Positions 1 through 9,115 of a stretch of DNA of 64,000 nucleotides are shown piece by piece. Position 1 is the first letter of the stretch, and each line of letters begins with the position of its first letter. The DNA comes from Candidatus Saccharimonadia bacterium. GTDB lineage: Bacteria; Patescibacteriota; Saccharimonadia; UBA4664. Under the pieces are notes generated by a model. The model had not been told where the DNA came from. It did not search any database and saw nothing but the letters and a program-made list of their open reading frames with translations. The stretch spans positions 65,156-129,155 of the forward strand of contig DATKIP010000093.1 in NCBI GenBank assembly GCA_035544015.1, in the 5' to 3' direction. The position numbers and the translations under genes are program-made.

Positions 1-1697
1 CGGAGCACGTCACTGCGCTTATAGCCGCAATACTTGAGATCGCTGGCCATGGCCAAGAAATAGGGCAGCGCCGCCAGCAGTACCAGCGGGCTCAGCAGTC
101 GGCCGTCATACGGGTACGCCAGCAAAAAGATCAGGCCAAAGCTGGCCCACGCGATCGACGCCATGTAGTTGAGCCGCAGCAGCACCTCGGTGCGCGATAC
201 AAACTCATTGCGGCGTTTGCGCTCGCGAATAGTGGCCCACAGCTTGGGCAAAATCAGCAAGCCGCCATTGGCCCAGCGCCGCCGCTGCACAATCAGCGAA
301 CCAAAGTCCGGCGGCGTGGCGCTATAGCTCAGCCGCTCCGGGTAGTTGGTGAGCGTCCAGCCGTGCAGCGCCAGGTCCACACTCGACTCCGTGTCTTCGA
401 TCACCGTGCGGTCTTGAATGAACCGCCGAATCGCAAATCCGCCGACCCACTCCGTCTCGGCAATGTCCTCCAGCGCCTGCTTGCGAATGACCGCATTTGC
501 CCCCACCCAAAACGTCGCGCCAAAGTGGCTCATGCCCTGATGCAAAATATGCTGAATGTCGGTCGTAGCCGCGGCCAATCGCTCGATCCGCGTAGCCGCG
601 CCCCGAAACGACGAATACGGCGTCTGCGTCACCGCCACCCGGGCATTGCCAGGTTGCTGCAAAAAGTAAACCAGGCGCAAGCAGTAGTCGCGTAGCAGAA
701 TCGAATCCGCATCCAGCGTCAAAATAAATTCACTATCCGGCACCACCACATCACCCGGCTGGCGGCGGCTCGTCGGCACCAGCGCCGGACCATCCGGCGT
801 CGGCATCGAGCGGTACGTGCCGCCCATGAGGCCGATGTACGAGTTGAGGTTCATGGCCTTGTTGGCCTCGTGCGACAACGACGCATATTGCTTGCGCTCA
901 AATACCGAGATTTCGGCCTCAAAAATCCAAGCCAGCCGCCGGTATAGCTGGTGCACGCGGCTCGCCGCCAGCGGCGCCCCTTCGCGGCAAGAGGCCGTCA
1001 GTGCATCCGCCGTCAGACGCAGCTCAGCTGCCAAACTGCGCAGCACCTGGTCGCCGAAAAACACATCCACATGATCCTCAATGTCCTCCGCATCAGCCAA
1101 CCTCGTCAGCCAGTCCGCCGCCCAGGTATAATGCCCGGCCAGATCCATCACCGTCATAAAGTTGGCAAATTTCGCCTTCGATTGCTTGCGCTCAAAGCGA
1201 GCCAGCGCCCCACCAAACCGTTCGCGCGGCTCTGTGAAGAGTTCCATAATGTCGCCCCCCAACGCCCGAGTCGCCTCGAGCTGCGCGGCCGCCACGGGGT
1301 CTTTGGAGTTGGGTTTGTCGTCCACGAGCAGTACCACGCGCATCCCCGGATACTCCTGAAGAGCCGCCGACATGAGCGTCTTGCGAATTACCCCCGTCTC
1401 CTCGCTATAGGAAGGCACCAGAACCGTGATCGACGATTGCACCTGCGAGAAATGCCGGTCCAGTTCAGCTCGCGGCACGCGCACGTGTTTGCCAAAACGC
1501 TGCAGCGCGCCCTGGCGAGCTATCAAATACATCAAGGCCGAGAAGGTCAAAAACGTCACCACCACCAGGTAGCTCAGGGCCTGCATCATAAATTGAAAAC
1601 TGTGCGGGCCGTCAAAGAATTGGCGAATAATAGTCGACACCACATACGCGGCCCACAGGCCGATCGTCAAAACGATCGCCAAACGACTAAACGTCAT
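1..1697 (-). CDS. processive family-2 glycosyltransferase (cellulose/PNAG/hyaluronan-synthase-like), partial, runs off left window edge
   Basis: Reverse-strand frame is open from the ATG at 1697 (cat at 1695-1697) to the window edge. It is absent from the ORF track because it has no in-window stop. My own translation MTFSRLAIVLTIGLW... contains VLLVDDKPN, TLDADS and QRRRW (QxxRW), the hallmark motifs of processive GT2 enzymes, plus hydrophobic TM segments. Confidence 0.7.
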   Translation of the reverse strand, partial: MTFSRLAIVLTIGLWAAYVVSTIIRQFFDGPHSFQFMMQALSYLVVVTFLTFSALMYLIARQGALQRFGKHVRVPRAELDRHFSQVQSSITVLVPSYSEETGVIRKTLMSAALQEYPGMRVVLLVDDKPNSKDPVAAAQLEATRALGGDIMELFTEPRERFGGALARFERKQSKAKFANFMTVMDLAGHYTWAADWLTRLADAEDIEDHVDVFFGDQVLRSLAAELRLTADALTASCREGAPLAASRVHQLYRRLAWIFEAEISVFERKQYASLSHEANKAMNLNSYIGLMGGTYRSMPTPDGPALVPTSRRQPGDVVVPDSEFILTLDADSILLRDYCLRLVYFLQQPGNARVAVTQTPYSSFRGAATRIERLAAATTDIQHILHQGMSHFGATFWVGANAVIRKQALEDIAETEWVGGFAIRRFIQDRTVIEDTESSVDLALHGWTLTNYPERLSYSATPPDFGSLIVQRRRWANGGLLILPKLWATIRERKRRNEFVSRTEVLLRLNYMASIAWASFGLIFLLAYPYDGRLLSPLVLLAALPYFLAMASDLKYCGYKRSDVL

Positions 1698-1995
1698 TTT
1701 GCGCGTCGAAGGCCGGTCATGGACAATCGAAAGCGGCAGCGTCCGCCGCTCCGCGCCCCACTGCCGCTTTCGCAGCCGTTGTTTTTCAGTTTTTAGGCCT
1801 GGCTTAGCCAAATTAACGTTCCTTAAGGTCAAGGATTACATTTATAACACATATCATTATTTTTTACAATACATTACGACAAAAACACCCAAAAAACACA
1901 AGAAAAACGCGCCGGCGGCTGGCGCAGCCTCGCGGGCAGGCTGGCACTGAGCGCCAATTGAGCGGATAATACCAGCATAAAACGAGGCAGCCATC

Positions 1996-2184
1996 ATGAA
2001 GGAACACAGTCATAAAGTCGCAAACGCCGGCGGCGGGGGCGTCTACGGCCTGGGCCTCATCGGGGCTCTCGTTTACTATCTGCAGCACGCTGCTTCATTT
2101 GGTGATGGCGTTCTCGGTATTTTGAAGGCCATCTTCTGGCCGGCGTTCCTGGTGTACCACCTGCTAGCACACCTCCAACTATAA
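1996..2184 (+). CDS. small hydrophobic membrane protein (62 aa)
   Basis: ORF follows an AT-rich divergent promoter region (1800-1990). GC-rich third codon positions. Two predicted TM helices (GLGLIGALVYYL, ILKAIFWPAFLVYHLL). Lies 20 bp upstream of the MFS gene. Confidence 0.35.
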   Translation: MKEHSHKVANAGGGGVYGLGLIGALVYYLQHAASFGDGVLGILKAIFWPAFLVYHLLAHLQL

Positions 2185-2204
2185 CGAGGGAGTATAATTT
2201 CATC

Positions 2205-3470
2205 ATGAAGCAAAACCCCCAACGGGTGCAAAATGTGTATCTCGTGCTCACCCTGCTGAGTACCCTCGCCGCCTCGTTCATTTGGGGCGTCAACACGCTA
2301 TTTTTGCTCGACGCAGGCTTGAGCATCACCGCCGCCTTCGCCGCCAACGCGCTGTTTTCGGCCGGCCAGGTTATTTTTGAAATTCCCACCGGCGTTGTCG
2401 CCGACACCATGGGCCGCCGCACGTCGTATCTGCTCGGCACACTCACGCTAGGCGTCTCCACCTTGCTCTATCTGTGGGCTTGGCAAGCGCATGCGCCGTT
2501 TTGGGCCTGGGCCGTCACCTCCGTGCTGTTGGGTCTGGGCTTTACCTTTTTCTCGGGCGCCACCGAGGCCTGGCTGGTTGATGCGCTCCATGCCACCGGC
2601 TACACCGGCACGCTCGAGGCCGTATTCGCGCGCGGCCAGATCGTGGGCGGCATCGCCATGCTCACCGGCTCCGTGGCCGGTGGCCTCGTGGCCCAGGCTA
2701 CCAACCTCGGCGTGCCCTACATTTTGCGCTCTGCCGCCTTGCTTGCCACCTTTGGCGTGGCCCTCGTGTATATGCGCGATCTGGGCTTCACGCCAGTGAA
2801 GGGCGAGCGGGCCGTCAAAAATATTAAGAATATCCTGAGCGCCTCCCTCGAAAACGGCCTCAAAAAACCACCCGTACGCTGGGTAATGCTCACCGCACCT
2901 TTCTCGGCTGGTGTGGGCATTTACGGCTTTTACGCCATGCAGCCGTATTTGCTCCAGCTCTTCGGCAATCCCCACGCCTACGGCATCGCCGGGCTCGCCG
3001 CTTCGATCGTGGCCGGCGCCCAGATCTTGGGCGGCCTCACGGTGCCGTTCGTGCGCCGCCGCTTCGGCCGCCGCACCACGCTGCTCATGACCGGCATCGT
3101 CGGCAGCGCCGTGGTGTTGGCGCTCATTGGGCTCACCCACGTGTTCTGGCTAGCAGTGTTGCTGCTCATTGTGTGGGGCCTCATCTTTGCCGCCGGCTCA
3201 CCCATTCGCCAGGCCTACCTCAACGGCCTCATTCCCTCGCAGCAGCGCGCCACCGTGCTGTCGTTCGACAACCTCATGGGCTCGGCCGGTTCGGTCTTTA
3301 CCCAGCCGGCGCTCGGTAAGACCGCCGACATTTGGGGCTACGGCCTGTCATATGTCTTTGCCGCGGTGGTGCAAATTATGGCGTTGCCGTTTTTGGTGCT
3401 GGCGCGCCGCACTCATCCCGCCTCCGACCCCATCGTTCCTGAATCCGCCTCCAAAAAGACCGCCTCGTAA
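2205..3470 (+). CDS. MFS transporter
   Basis: 421-aa ORF with about 12 hydrophobic segments and an MFS-like GxxADxxGRR motif (ADTMGRRTSY). RBS GAGGGAG upstream of the ATG. Confidence 0.8.
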   Translation: MKQNPQRVQNVYLVLTLLSTLAASFIWGVNTLFLLDAGLSITAAFAANALFSAGQVIFEIPTGVVADTMGRRTSYLLGTLTLGVSTLLYLWAWQAHAPFWAWAVTSVLLGLGFTFFSGATEAWLVDALHATGYTGTLEAVFARGQIVGGIAMLTGSVAGGLVAQATNLGVPYILRSAALLATFGVALVYMRDLGFTPVKGERAVKNIKNILSASLENGLKKPPVRWVMLTAPFSAGVGIYGFYAMQPYLLQLFGNPHAYGIAGLAASIVAGAQILGGLTVPFVRRRFGRRTTLLMTGIVGSAVVLALIGLTHVFWLAVLLLIVWGLIFAAGSPIRQAYLNGLIPSQQRATVLSFDNLMGSAGSVFTQPALGKTADIWGYGLSYVFAAVVQIMALPFLVLARRTHPASDPIVPESASKKTAS

Positions 3471-3503
3471 GAAGCGGTCTTTTCCATACGAACGAGCGCG
3501 TAG

Positions 3504-4433
3504 CTACAGATCGTTGTGGTGCGCCATGCAGTATGCGTCGCGGTTGGCTGTCTGCTGAGCGGTGTTGGTGGTCGCTAGCTTGAGCGCGTTGGCCGCGGCC
3601 GTAGATTGGGCATCAATCTGGGCTGCCACCAGCTGGTATAGCAACGGATTGTGCGTATCCACGGCCAATTTTAGCTGCTCAGCATTGCGCCAGGCCAGCT
3701 CGCGCCACCCTGCTACCAACTGGTAGTCGATGGTGCTAAAAGGCGGCGTGTTGAGGACGGCCGGCTGCCCGATTGCCGGGTCAAATCGCCGTGCTGCCTC
3801 CGCAATAGTGGGCACCTGCGCGGCCGCCAGCCACACATTATCTTTGTCGTAGTCGCCCTTGGCGCTCACGCCGTCCGGATAGGCAAGTCCCATTTCGAGC
3901 AGCGTGTAGGGCTCATCGTGCAAAATGTGCGCCGCCAGAGCAATAAACGCGTCCCCGAGGCCGCTCACTTGCTTCTGGTCGGCAGCCGCAAACGCCACCC
4001 GCCAGGCCGGTGCTACTTGGGCCGTATTGCCCGCCCGCCAGGCTTGATACTGCCGGCTATAGTAGCCCGCAAATACCGCATCTTCCTGGTTCAAATATTG
4101 CGGATTGTGGAAAAACGTGGAGTCATTTTGGGTGGTCCGAAACGCCTGCGTAATCCGCCAGTACACAAAATTAAACACTAAATTGTGATCACAGCTAGCG
4201 ATCAGCGGATCAAGCTGCGCCTGCTGGGCCGCAATCGTGGCGTCCACACACGTGATGCTGCCAGTAGGGCAGGCCGTCGCCGTGCTCGGGCTCCAGCCGA
4301 TCGGCGCCGGCAAGAGCAGGCCCGTCCACGGCGACGGGTCGGCCAACGCGTGCGCCGTGCCAAAGGGCATCAGCAGCGAAGCCATCACCGACACGCCGGC
4401 GGTTAAAATCTTAATGCGAGGCCAAAATCTCAT
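3504..4433 (-). CDS. secreted hypothetical protein (signal peptide)
   Basis: 309-aa ORF with N-terminal signal-like MRFWPRIKILTAGVSVMASLLMPFGTAHA. Consistent GC3 bias. No recognisable catalytic motif. Confidence 0.55.
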   Translation of the reverse strand: MRFWPRIKILTAGVSVMASLLMPFGTAHALADPSPWTGLLLPAPIGWSPSTATACPTGSITCVDATIAAQQAQLDPLIASCDHNLVFNFVYWRITQAFRTTQNDSTFFHNPQYLNQEDAVFAGYYSRQYQAWRAGNTAQVAPAWRVAFAAADQKQVSGLGDAFIALAAHILHDEPYTLLEMGLAYPDGVSAKGDYDKDNVWLAAAQVPTIAEAARRFDPAIGQPAVLNTPPFSTIDYQLVAGWRELAWRNAEQLKLAVDTHNPLLYQLVAAQIDAQSTAAANALKLATTNTAQQTANRDAYCMAHHNDL

Positions 4434-4539
4434 ACAAAACTCCTTTGTTACCAGGAAATAATACGTATTGCAGTGCGTAGTTAAAAATACCTAGGGGTAC
4501 AAAATTATCAGCCTTTTCTAAGCCAAACTTTGGCACTAT

Positions 4540-4602
4540 GCCTCTGCTAAACGAAAATAACAACAGCATGACCCCGGCCGGAGGGTATCCGGCCGGGGTC
4601 AT
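4540..4602 (-). terminator. intrinsic terminator of the 4607..5059 gene
   Basis: Perfect 14-bp GC-rich inverted repeat ATGACCCCGGCCGG/CCGGCCGGGGTCAT (4568-4602) with a 7-nt loop, immediately 3' of the minus-strand stop. It is followed on the minus strand by UUGUUAUUUUCGUUU. Confidence 0.55.
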
Positions 4603-4606
4603 CACG

Positions 4607-5059
4607 CTAACGCAGTCGTGGTACGCTAGCGTGATCGGCGCAAACGTAGAGCTCAAGGTTCTCGAGCCCCGCCTGTTCGCCGGGTTTTGCGCCCGTTTGG
4701 ATCCGCGGCACGATCACCCCCTGAGCCCCATTTCCGGCGCTGAAGTCAGAGAAGTACCTCACGAGCTTGGTGTCGTCGTCGGTGTGGCCGGCCTTCACCT
4801 CCAAGATTCTGACGCTCGGTGTCGCGGTAATGTCGTACCTGCTGGCGGCGCCCTTGTTGTTCTCGGTCACGGTGATGACGCCAGCGCCGCTACCGGAAGC
4901 ATCTCCGCGGCCGCCCACCTGCGTGGCGGTGGTGTAGTGCAGCGCGTAGCCGCACGTTCGCTCGTAATTGGGGTGGGGCGCCGGCAAGTGCTGTAGCCCA
5001 ATTAAGCCGCCAACCAGGAGCCCCGCACCTACTGGGGCCCACCGGAAAATGCGCCTCAT
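4607..5059 (-). CDS. small secreted hypothetical protein
   Basis: ORF 4607..5089. Likely start at the internal Met that begins signal peptide MRRIFRWAPVGAGLLVGGLIGL. Terminator hairpin directly downstream. Confidence 0.45.
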   Translation of the reverse strand: MRRIFRWAPVGAGLLVGGLIGLQHLPAPHPNYERTCGYALHYTTATQVGGRGDASGSGAGVITVTENNKGAASRYDITATPSVRILEVKAGHTDDDTKLVRYFSDFSAGNGAQGVIVPRIQTGAKPGEQAGLENLELYVCADHASVPRLR

Positions 5060-5232
5060 CGCCACCCGCTCACTTCGGCAACCGCGCAACCCGCAATGGC
5101 CGCCAGTGTTCTCTTCACGCCTATCCTTTCGACCGTAGCCCCGCGCCGGGTGCGCGAAACTAGAAATAGCCGCTCGCGAAACGCAAGCTAGGCCATGATA
5201 GGTTATAACTGCCTGGGAATGTGTTTACAAGG

Positions 5233-5733
5233 CTATTTTTCGAACAGCGAGGCTTCATGCGCCGCTTCCAGATCGAGGAGCCAGCGCTTACGCTCGAGGC
5301 CCGCCACGTAGCCGGCCAGACCGCCGTCGGCGCCGAGCACGCGGTGGCAGGGCACCACCACGCACAGCGGATTGCGGCCCACTGCCGTACCCACCGCCCG
5401 CACCGCCCGCGGCCGGTCGATCAGCGCCGCCAGCTGCGAATACGTGGTGTGTTCACCATACGGCGTCGCCGACAGCGCCTCCCACACTGCCCGCTGAAAC
5501 GCCGTCCCCGCCGGCTCGATCGGCAGATCAAACTCCCGCAAACCGCCGGCAAAATACCGCTCAGTTTGCCGCCGCGCCGCTCGCAGCACCGGCTCCTCGG
5601 GCCGCAGTTGCCAATCTGCCGGCACGCCGTCAAAGTAGCGCTGCCCCTCAAAATGCCAGCCGGTCAAAGCCGCCTCATTGCCACTTACGTAGGCATTGCC
5701 GAGCGGCGTCTCAATAATGTCGTAATACGTCAT
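5233..5733 (-). CDS. ogt: methylated-DNA--protein-cysteine methyltransferase (Ogt/MGMT)
   Basis: C-terminal PCHRV active-site motif (VPCHRVLGADG) and an N-terminal domain beginning MTYYDIIETPLG, typical of Ogt. Start set at the Met with GAGGG 4 nt upstream. The ORF track's 5' extension to 5940 (MRRMARPG...) is judged non-coding. Confidence 0.75.
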   Translation of the reverse strand: MTYYDIIETPLGNAYVSGNEAALTGWHFEGQRYFDGVPADWQLRPEEPVLRAARRQTERYFAGGLREFDLPIEPAGTAFQRAVWEALSATPYGEHTTYSQLAALIDRPRAVRAVGTAVGRNPLCVVVPCHRVLGADGGLAGYVAGLERKRWLLDLEAAHEASLFEK

Positions 5734-5853
5734 AAAACCCTCACTATCCTCACCATAGTAGTACGCCAGCAGAAGCAGTTCCATGCCATTGACATGCTCC
5801 GCCATCCACGCGACAATTCCGCCTGCGGACTCCCATCGTCGAAACGGGGCACT

Positions 5854-6105
5854 ATGAAGCCAATCAGGTTGGCAATAGCCGCTGGTGTCACCATGGCACT
5901 TCTCGGCGGTACGCAAGCCCGGCCGAGCCATCCGTCGCATGTAACGTCAGGTGGGTTTATCTGCGCCCGGCCGAAGCCACCTCAGGACATCTGTCACAGC
6001 GGCCAGCTGATCGATAGCAACGAGGCCTGTGTCACCGCCGGAGGCAACCCCACCTACCTCGCGCTGGCCAAAGCCTCAACAACGGCCGGCTCACCCGCCG
6101 GGTAA
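5854..6105 (+). CDS. small secreted Cys-containing protein (83 aa); possibly the N-terminal fragment of a disrupted SLT-like gene
   Basis: In-frame ATG at 5854 begins signal-peptide-like MKPIRLAIAAGVTMALLGGTQA. This start is freed once ogt is trimmed to 5733. Ends at TAA 6103-6105. Confidence 0.3.
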   Translation: MKPIRLAIAAGVTMALLGGTQARPSHPSHVTSGGFICARPKPPQDICHSGQLIDSNEACVTAGGNPTYLALAKASTTAGSPAG

Positions 6106-6179
6106 AGGTTGGCAAAAAGTTCCACGCCGTCCGGATTGGTTTCGGGCCTGGCCAGTGGAACGCCCTCTGTAAAGTTGGC

Positions 6180-6480
6180 ATGGCCGAGTCCAAGTTCAAC
6201 CCTAAGGCGGTGAACCCAGACAGTGGAGCGTGCGGGATCGGCCAATCCAAGCCGTGCGGCAAAATGGGGCCGTACAATCACACGACGGGCATCAGCCTCG
6301 TGCCGCCGCGGGAGCAGATCATCTGGATGTTCATCTACATCCACGACCGGCCCGACCAACGCAATCCCGACGGCGCCTGGCGGCACCACGTCGCCTACAA
6401 CTGGTACCTAACGGGGCAGCAGCCAAATATCCGCCCTATACAGCCAAAATGGTGTATAAACGGTAAGGGTCTATTGTCTA
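6180..6480 (+). pseudogene. lytic-transglycosylase (SLT-domain)-like ORF, probably frameshifted or degraded
   Basis: Translation AESKFNPKAVNPDSGACGIGQ matches the SLT family-1 catalytic motif ES-x-FNP-x-A-x-S-x-x-GA-x-G-(L/I)-(M/G)-Q. The same frame is open upstream from 6018 without a start. Downstream, the frame runs with falling GC3 into the overlapping 6497 gene and ends only at 6737. Confidence 0.25.
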
Positions 6481-6496
6481 CCGAAAGGGGACCCTC

Positions 6497-6916
6497 GTGT
6501 CAAGGGGACAATCAAGGCGCCGTCTGCTCATACCAGGGGCGGTATTCGCGGTTTGTGCGGTGCTCGGCACCCTCGTCGCACTCGGGACCAACAACACCCC
6601 ACCCGCCACCGAACCCTGCCTCTACACCCTCAGCTGGGATCAGCAGGGGCCGGGGAGCGGTTTCACCGGTGACACCGGGCTGTTCACGAGTCTGTCGGGC
6701 CCGTCCGCCGGCACACCCACCGCGCAGCGGACCCTGAAGTTGCAGCCATTGGGCGGCTACCGCGTCGCCGCGGCCCAGCTCTACGACGGCAAGCGGCTCG
6801 GCGACAAGTTGGTGACCGGTACGGGCGTCGGTCAGCTCTATGAGCGGAAGCTTGACGGACACACCACATCGGTGGTCTTCAGCGTCTGCGCCGGCGGCCA
6901 ACCCACCACATCCTGA
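6497..6916 (+). CDS. small membrane-anchored/secreted hypothetical protein
   Basis: GTG start with GAAAGGGG RBS. N-terminal TM/signal segment LLIPGAVFAVCAVLGTLVALG. Terminator-like hairpin plus T-tract downstream. Confidence 0.5.
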   Translation: MSRGQSRRRLLIPGAVFAVCAVLGTLVALGTNNTPPATEPCLYTLSWDQQGPGSGFTGDTGLFTSLSGPSAGTPTAQRTLKLQPLGGYRVAAAQLYDGKRLGDKLVTGTGVGQLYERKLDGHTTSVVFSVCAGGQPTTS

Positions 6917-6943
6917 CCCTACGGACACCGCGCCCCAAGAGGG

Positions 6944-6983
6944 GGGACCCTGCGGCGCCGTCCGTGGGGTCCTTTCTCTTTTT
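6944..6983 (+). terminator. intrinsic terminator candidate
   Basis: GGACCC ... GGGTCC stem followed by TTTCTCTTTTT immediately after the 6497..6916 gene. Confidence 0.4.
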
Positions 6984-6997
6984 AGGCTATGTGCCCC

Positions 6998-7026
6998 TTG
7001 ACAAATCGCCGAAATAGGACATACTC
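6998..7026 (+). promoter_or_regulatory. sigma-A-like promoter for the 7060 gene
   Basis: Perfect -35 TTGACA (6998-7003), a 17-nt spacer, then ATACTC as a -10 candidate. AAGGAG RBS and GTG start follow about 35 nt downstream. Confidence 0.35.
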
Positions 7027-7059
7027 AAGGCTACTTTGCCCTAATCAAGGAGTGCGTTC

Positions 7060-7734
7060 GTGTATTGCATACATTGCGGCTATCGGCTGCATCCCGGCGC
7101 CGCCTTTTGCGCCCGGTGTGGCCGCAAATACCCCGCGCCGGTCCAGCATATGGACATCAAGCCCGTCTTCCGCAAAACCCCCGGTGTTGCCGAATTCGGC
7201 GAGTTCGCGCCGGCCACCTACGTCCCGGCTGCCCCCGCCGCAAACGGCTGGCTCGAAGCCGATGAGCTCCCCGGCCTGCGCCGCGAAGGCGCCATTGCTG
7301 GCTTCATCGTGGCCGCCGCTACCGGCTTCGTAGGTCTCATGGCCATGGCCGGCTTCGATATCTTCGGCGTGGGGCCGTGGAGCCTCATCGACGCCGCCAT
7401 CTTCGCCCTCCTCGGCTTTGGCACGCTCAAAAACAACCGTTTGGCCGCCGCTGCCGCATTCACCCTGTTTTTGGCCGAAACCATCACCGTCTTCGCCGCC
7501 GCCGGCCAAAGCGGCACCACTGTGGGTATCGCCGGCATTATCATTCGCATGCTGCTCGTGCGCAGCTTTTATCGCGGCGTGAAGGGCGTGCTCTCGAGCC
7601 ACCCCGGCCGTTTCTCGCTCCAAGCGGCCGCCGGCGCGCACATTCTCCTCCGCCCGCTGTACCTGCTCACGGCCGGGCTTTCGCTCGCCGGCATTGCGGC
7701 CGGTATCGCACTCAGTAGCCTCGCGGCCCTCTAG
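7060..7734 (+). CDS. zinc-ribbon domain membrane protein
   Basis: N-terminal CxxC...CxxC (CIHCGYRLHPGAAFCARCG) followed by multiple hydrophobic helices. AAGGAG RBS. Confidence 0.6.
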   Translation: MYCIHCGYRLHPGAAFCARCGRKYPAPVQHMDIKPVFRKTPGVAEFGEFAPATYVPAAPAANGWLEADELPGLRREGAIAGFIVAAATGFVGLMAMAGFDIFGVGPWSLIDAAIFALLGFGTLKNNRLAAAAAFTLFLAETITVFAAAGQSGTTVGIAGIIIRMLLVRSFYRGVKGVLSSHPGRFSLQAAAGAHILLRPLYLLTAGLSLAGIAAGIALSSLAAL

Positions 7735-7826
7735 CCGCTATAGGCTTGCCCGCGCCCATAAATGAAGGTATAACCAAACGTGGCGTCCGCGTTTGCGGCG
7801 CTATCCGGACCGAAAGGTGTATACCC

Positions 7827-8186
7827 GTGCGTAGATGGGGAACAGTGGGATTGGTCGCCGTGGTCGTGGTCGGGGCCGCGGCGATTATCGCCACCGGTTA
7901 CAGCAGCACCAAGTGCAATATCAGCACCTCGTGGCAGCGCACCACGAGTGCGGTGTCGAGCGCCGATGCCAGCCGGCTCGAGCTCGCCGTCGACCCGGCT
8001 GGCGGTACCTACACGGTGACGCCAACGGGCGCCAAGATCGCCACCGTCACCATTACGTACACCGACGCCACCGTCGCGACCCGCATCACCGTCAACTCCA
8101 CGGCCGTCTATCACGGCCAGTTGCCGCCGGGCGCCGATTCCGTCACCGCTCGGGGCAGCCGGTGCATCCATCCGTCTCGGCGGTAG
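7827..8186 (+). CDS. small membrane-anchored Thr-rich hypothetical protein
   Basis: In-frame GTG with GAAAGGTG RBS. One TM helix (VGLVAVVVVGAAAIIATG) followed by a Thr/Val-rich segment. The ORF track's longer 5' extension is not supported. Confidence 0.35.
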   Translation: MRRWGTVGLVAVVVVGAAAIIATGYSSTKCNISTSWQRTTSAVSSADASRLELAVDPAGGTYTVTPTGAKIATVTITYTDATVATRITVNSTAVYHGQLPPGADSVTARGSRCIHPSRR

Positions 8187-8251
8187 AGGGCCCCTCAGTC
8201 CCTCGGGGGCCGGCCGGCCGCAATAGCCCGGCCGGCCCCAGCTCCCAAACC

Positions 8252-8563
8252 CTAACCCGCGGCGTTGCCCCACGCCCGCATCTGGTCCACGATCGCCGAC
8301 AGCGAGCGGCCCTTGGCCGTGAGGCAATACACTGGATGCGCCTCGCCGCCGCTGCAATCACGGTCGAGCACGCCGTCGGCCTCGAGCTCTTTGAGCCGAA
8401 TCGCCAGCGTGCGCGGCGAGATGCCTTCGAGCGAGGTTTCAAGCTCGCCAAACCGCCGGGGCTGTTCGAGCAAATCGCGAATAATCAACAGCGTCCACTT
8501 GCCGCCGATCACCTCAAGCGCGCGCGTGACACCGCAGGCTTTTGTCTCCCCAGTCGCATTCAT
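8252..8563 (-). CDS. HxlR-family winged-helix transcriptional regulator
   Basis: 103 aa. LEVIGGKWTLLIIRDL...RFGEL...ISPRTLAIRLKELEADGVL is the canonical HxlR/DUF24 signature. Divergent from a DUF1761-like membrane gene, a recurrent pairing. Confidence 0.75.
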   Translation of the reverse strand: MNATGETKACGVTRALEVIGGKWTLLIIRDLLEQPRRFGELETSLEGISPRTLAIRLKELEADGVLDRDCSGGEAHPVYCLTAKGRSLSAIVDQMRAWGNAAG

Positions 8564-8635
8564 GCGCCCATTATACCAGTCTGGCTTGTATGCCGGCCCA
8601 AAAAGACTATGATTTGCGTATAAACAAGGAATAAC

Positions 8636-9034
8636 GTGGTGTTATTCGAAATATCGTTCTGGTGGGTGTTGCTCGCAGCAGTCGTCTACTTTGGCATTGG
8701 CGCGGTGTGGTATTCGCCGGTGATGTTCTCCAAAATGTGGGCAGAAGAAATCAAACGCAAAAAGGCCGACATGACTATGGCGCTGCCGGCCATGGTTACG
8801 ACGTTCGTCACCATACTCGTCTTGGTGGGCGTCGAAGCGTGGTTTGTCACTGCCACCGGCACCTCCGGCTGGATGAACGGTGCGATGCTCGGCTTCAAAT
8901 TATGGCTGGGCTTCGCCGCTACCACCGCGCTCATCAATAGCTCGTTCCAAAACGGATCGATGCGGCTGTATGCCATCGACCAGGGCTATCATCTTATCGG
9001 CATCGCGCTAGCCGGCGCCATTTTGGCTCACTAG
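8636..9034 (+). CDS. DUF1761-like small membrane protein
   Basis: 132 aa with 4 TM helices. GTG start 72 bp from the hxlR start on the opposite strand. Confidence 0.55.
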   Translation: MVLFEISFWWVLLAAVVYFGIGAVWYSPVMFSKMWAEEIKRKKADMTMALPAMVTTFVTILVLVGVEAWFVTATGTSGWMNGAMLGFKLWLGFAATTALINSSFQNGSMRLYAIDQGYHLIGIALAGAILAH

Positions 9035-9115
9035 AGCTCGCCAAGGTGCTCGCGCTTGATTTCTGACTCCCGTCGATTATGCTAGCAACAGATATGACAA
9101 CTAGGAGTTACTGAT

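Noticed and set aside
951-1796. 281-aa plus-strand ORF (Arg/Pro/His-rich)
   Set aside because: Antisense shadow of the minus-strand GT2 gene, with low-complexity Arg-rich composition typical of high-GC off-frame ORFs. The GT2 motifs (D,D,D,QRRRW) on the minus strand explain the region.
5734-5940. 5' extension of the ogt ORF (MRRMARPGLRTAEK...)
   Set aside because: Ogt proteins start at M-x-YY-x-I-x-TPLG. The internal Met has a GAGGG RBS. The extension is Arg/Cys-rich and overlaps a plus-strand signal-peptide ORF.
6481-6737. 3' part of ORF 6180..6737 overlapping the 6497 gene
   Set aside because: Codon bias collapses after about 6440. It overlaps a well-formed gene with RBS, GTG start and terminator. 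Treated as a read-through of a degraded SLT-like frame.
7731-8357. 208-aa minus-strand Gly/Arg-rich ORF
   Set aside because: Low-complexity GC shadow opposite the 7827..8186 gene and the hxlR 3' region. No start context.
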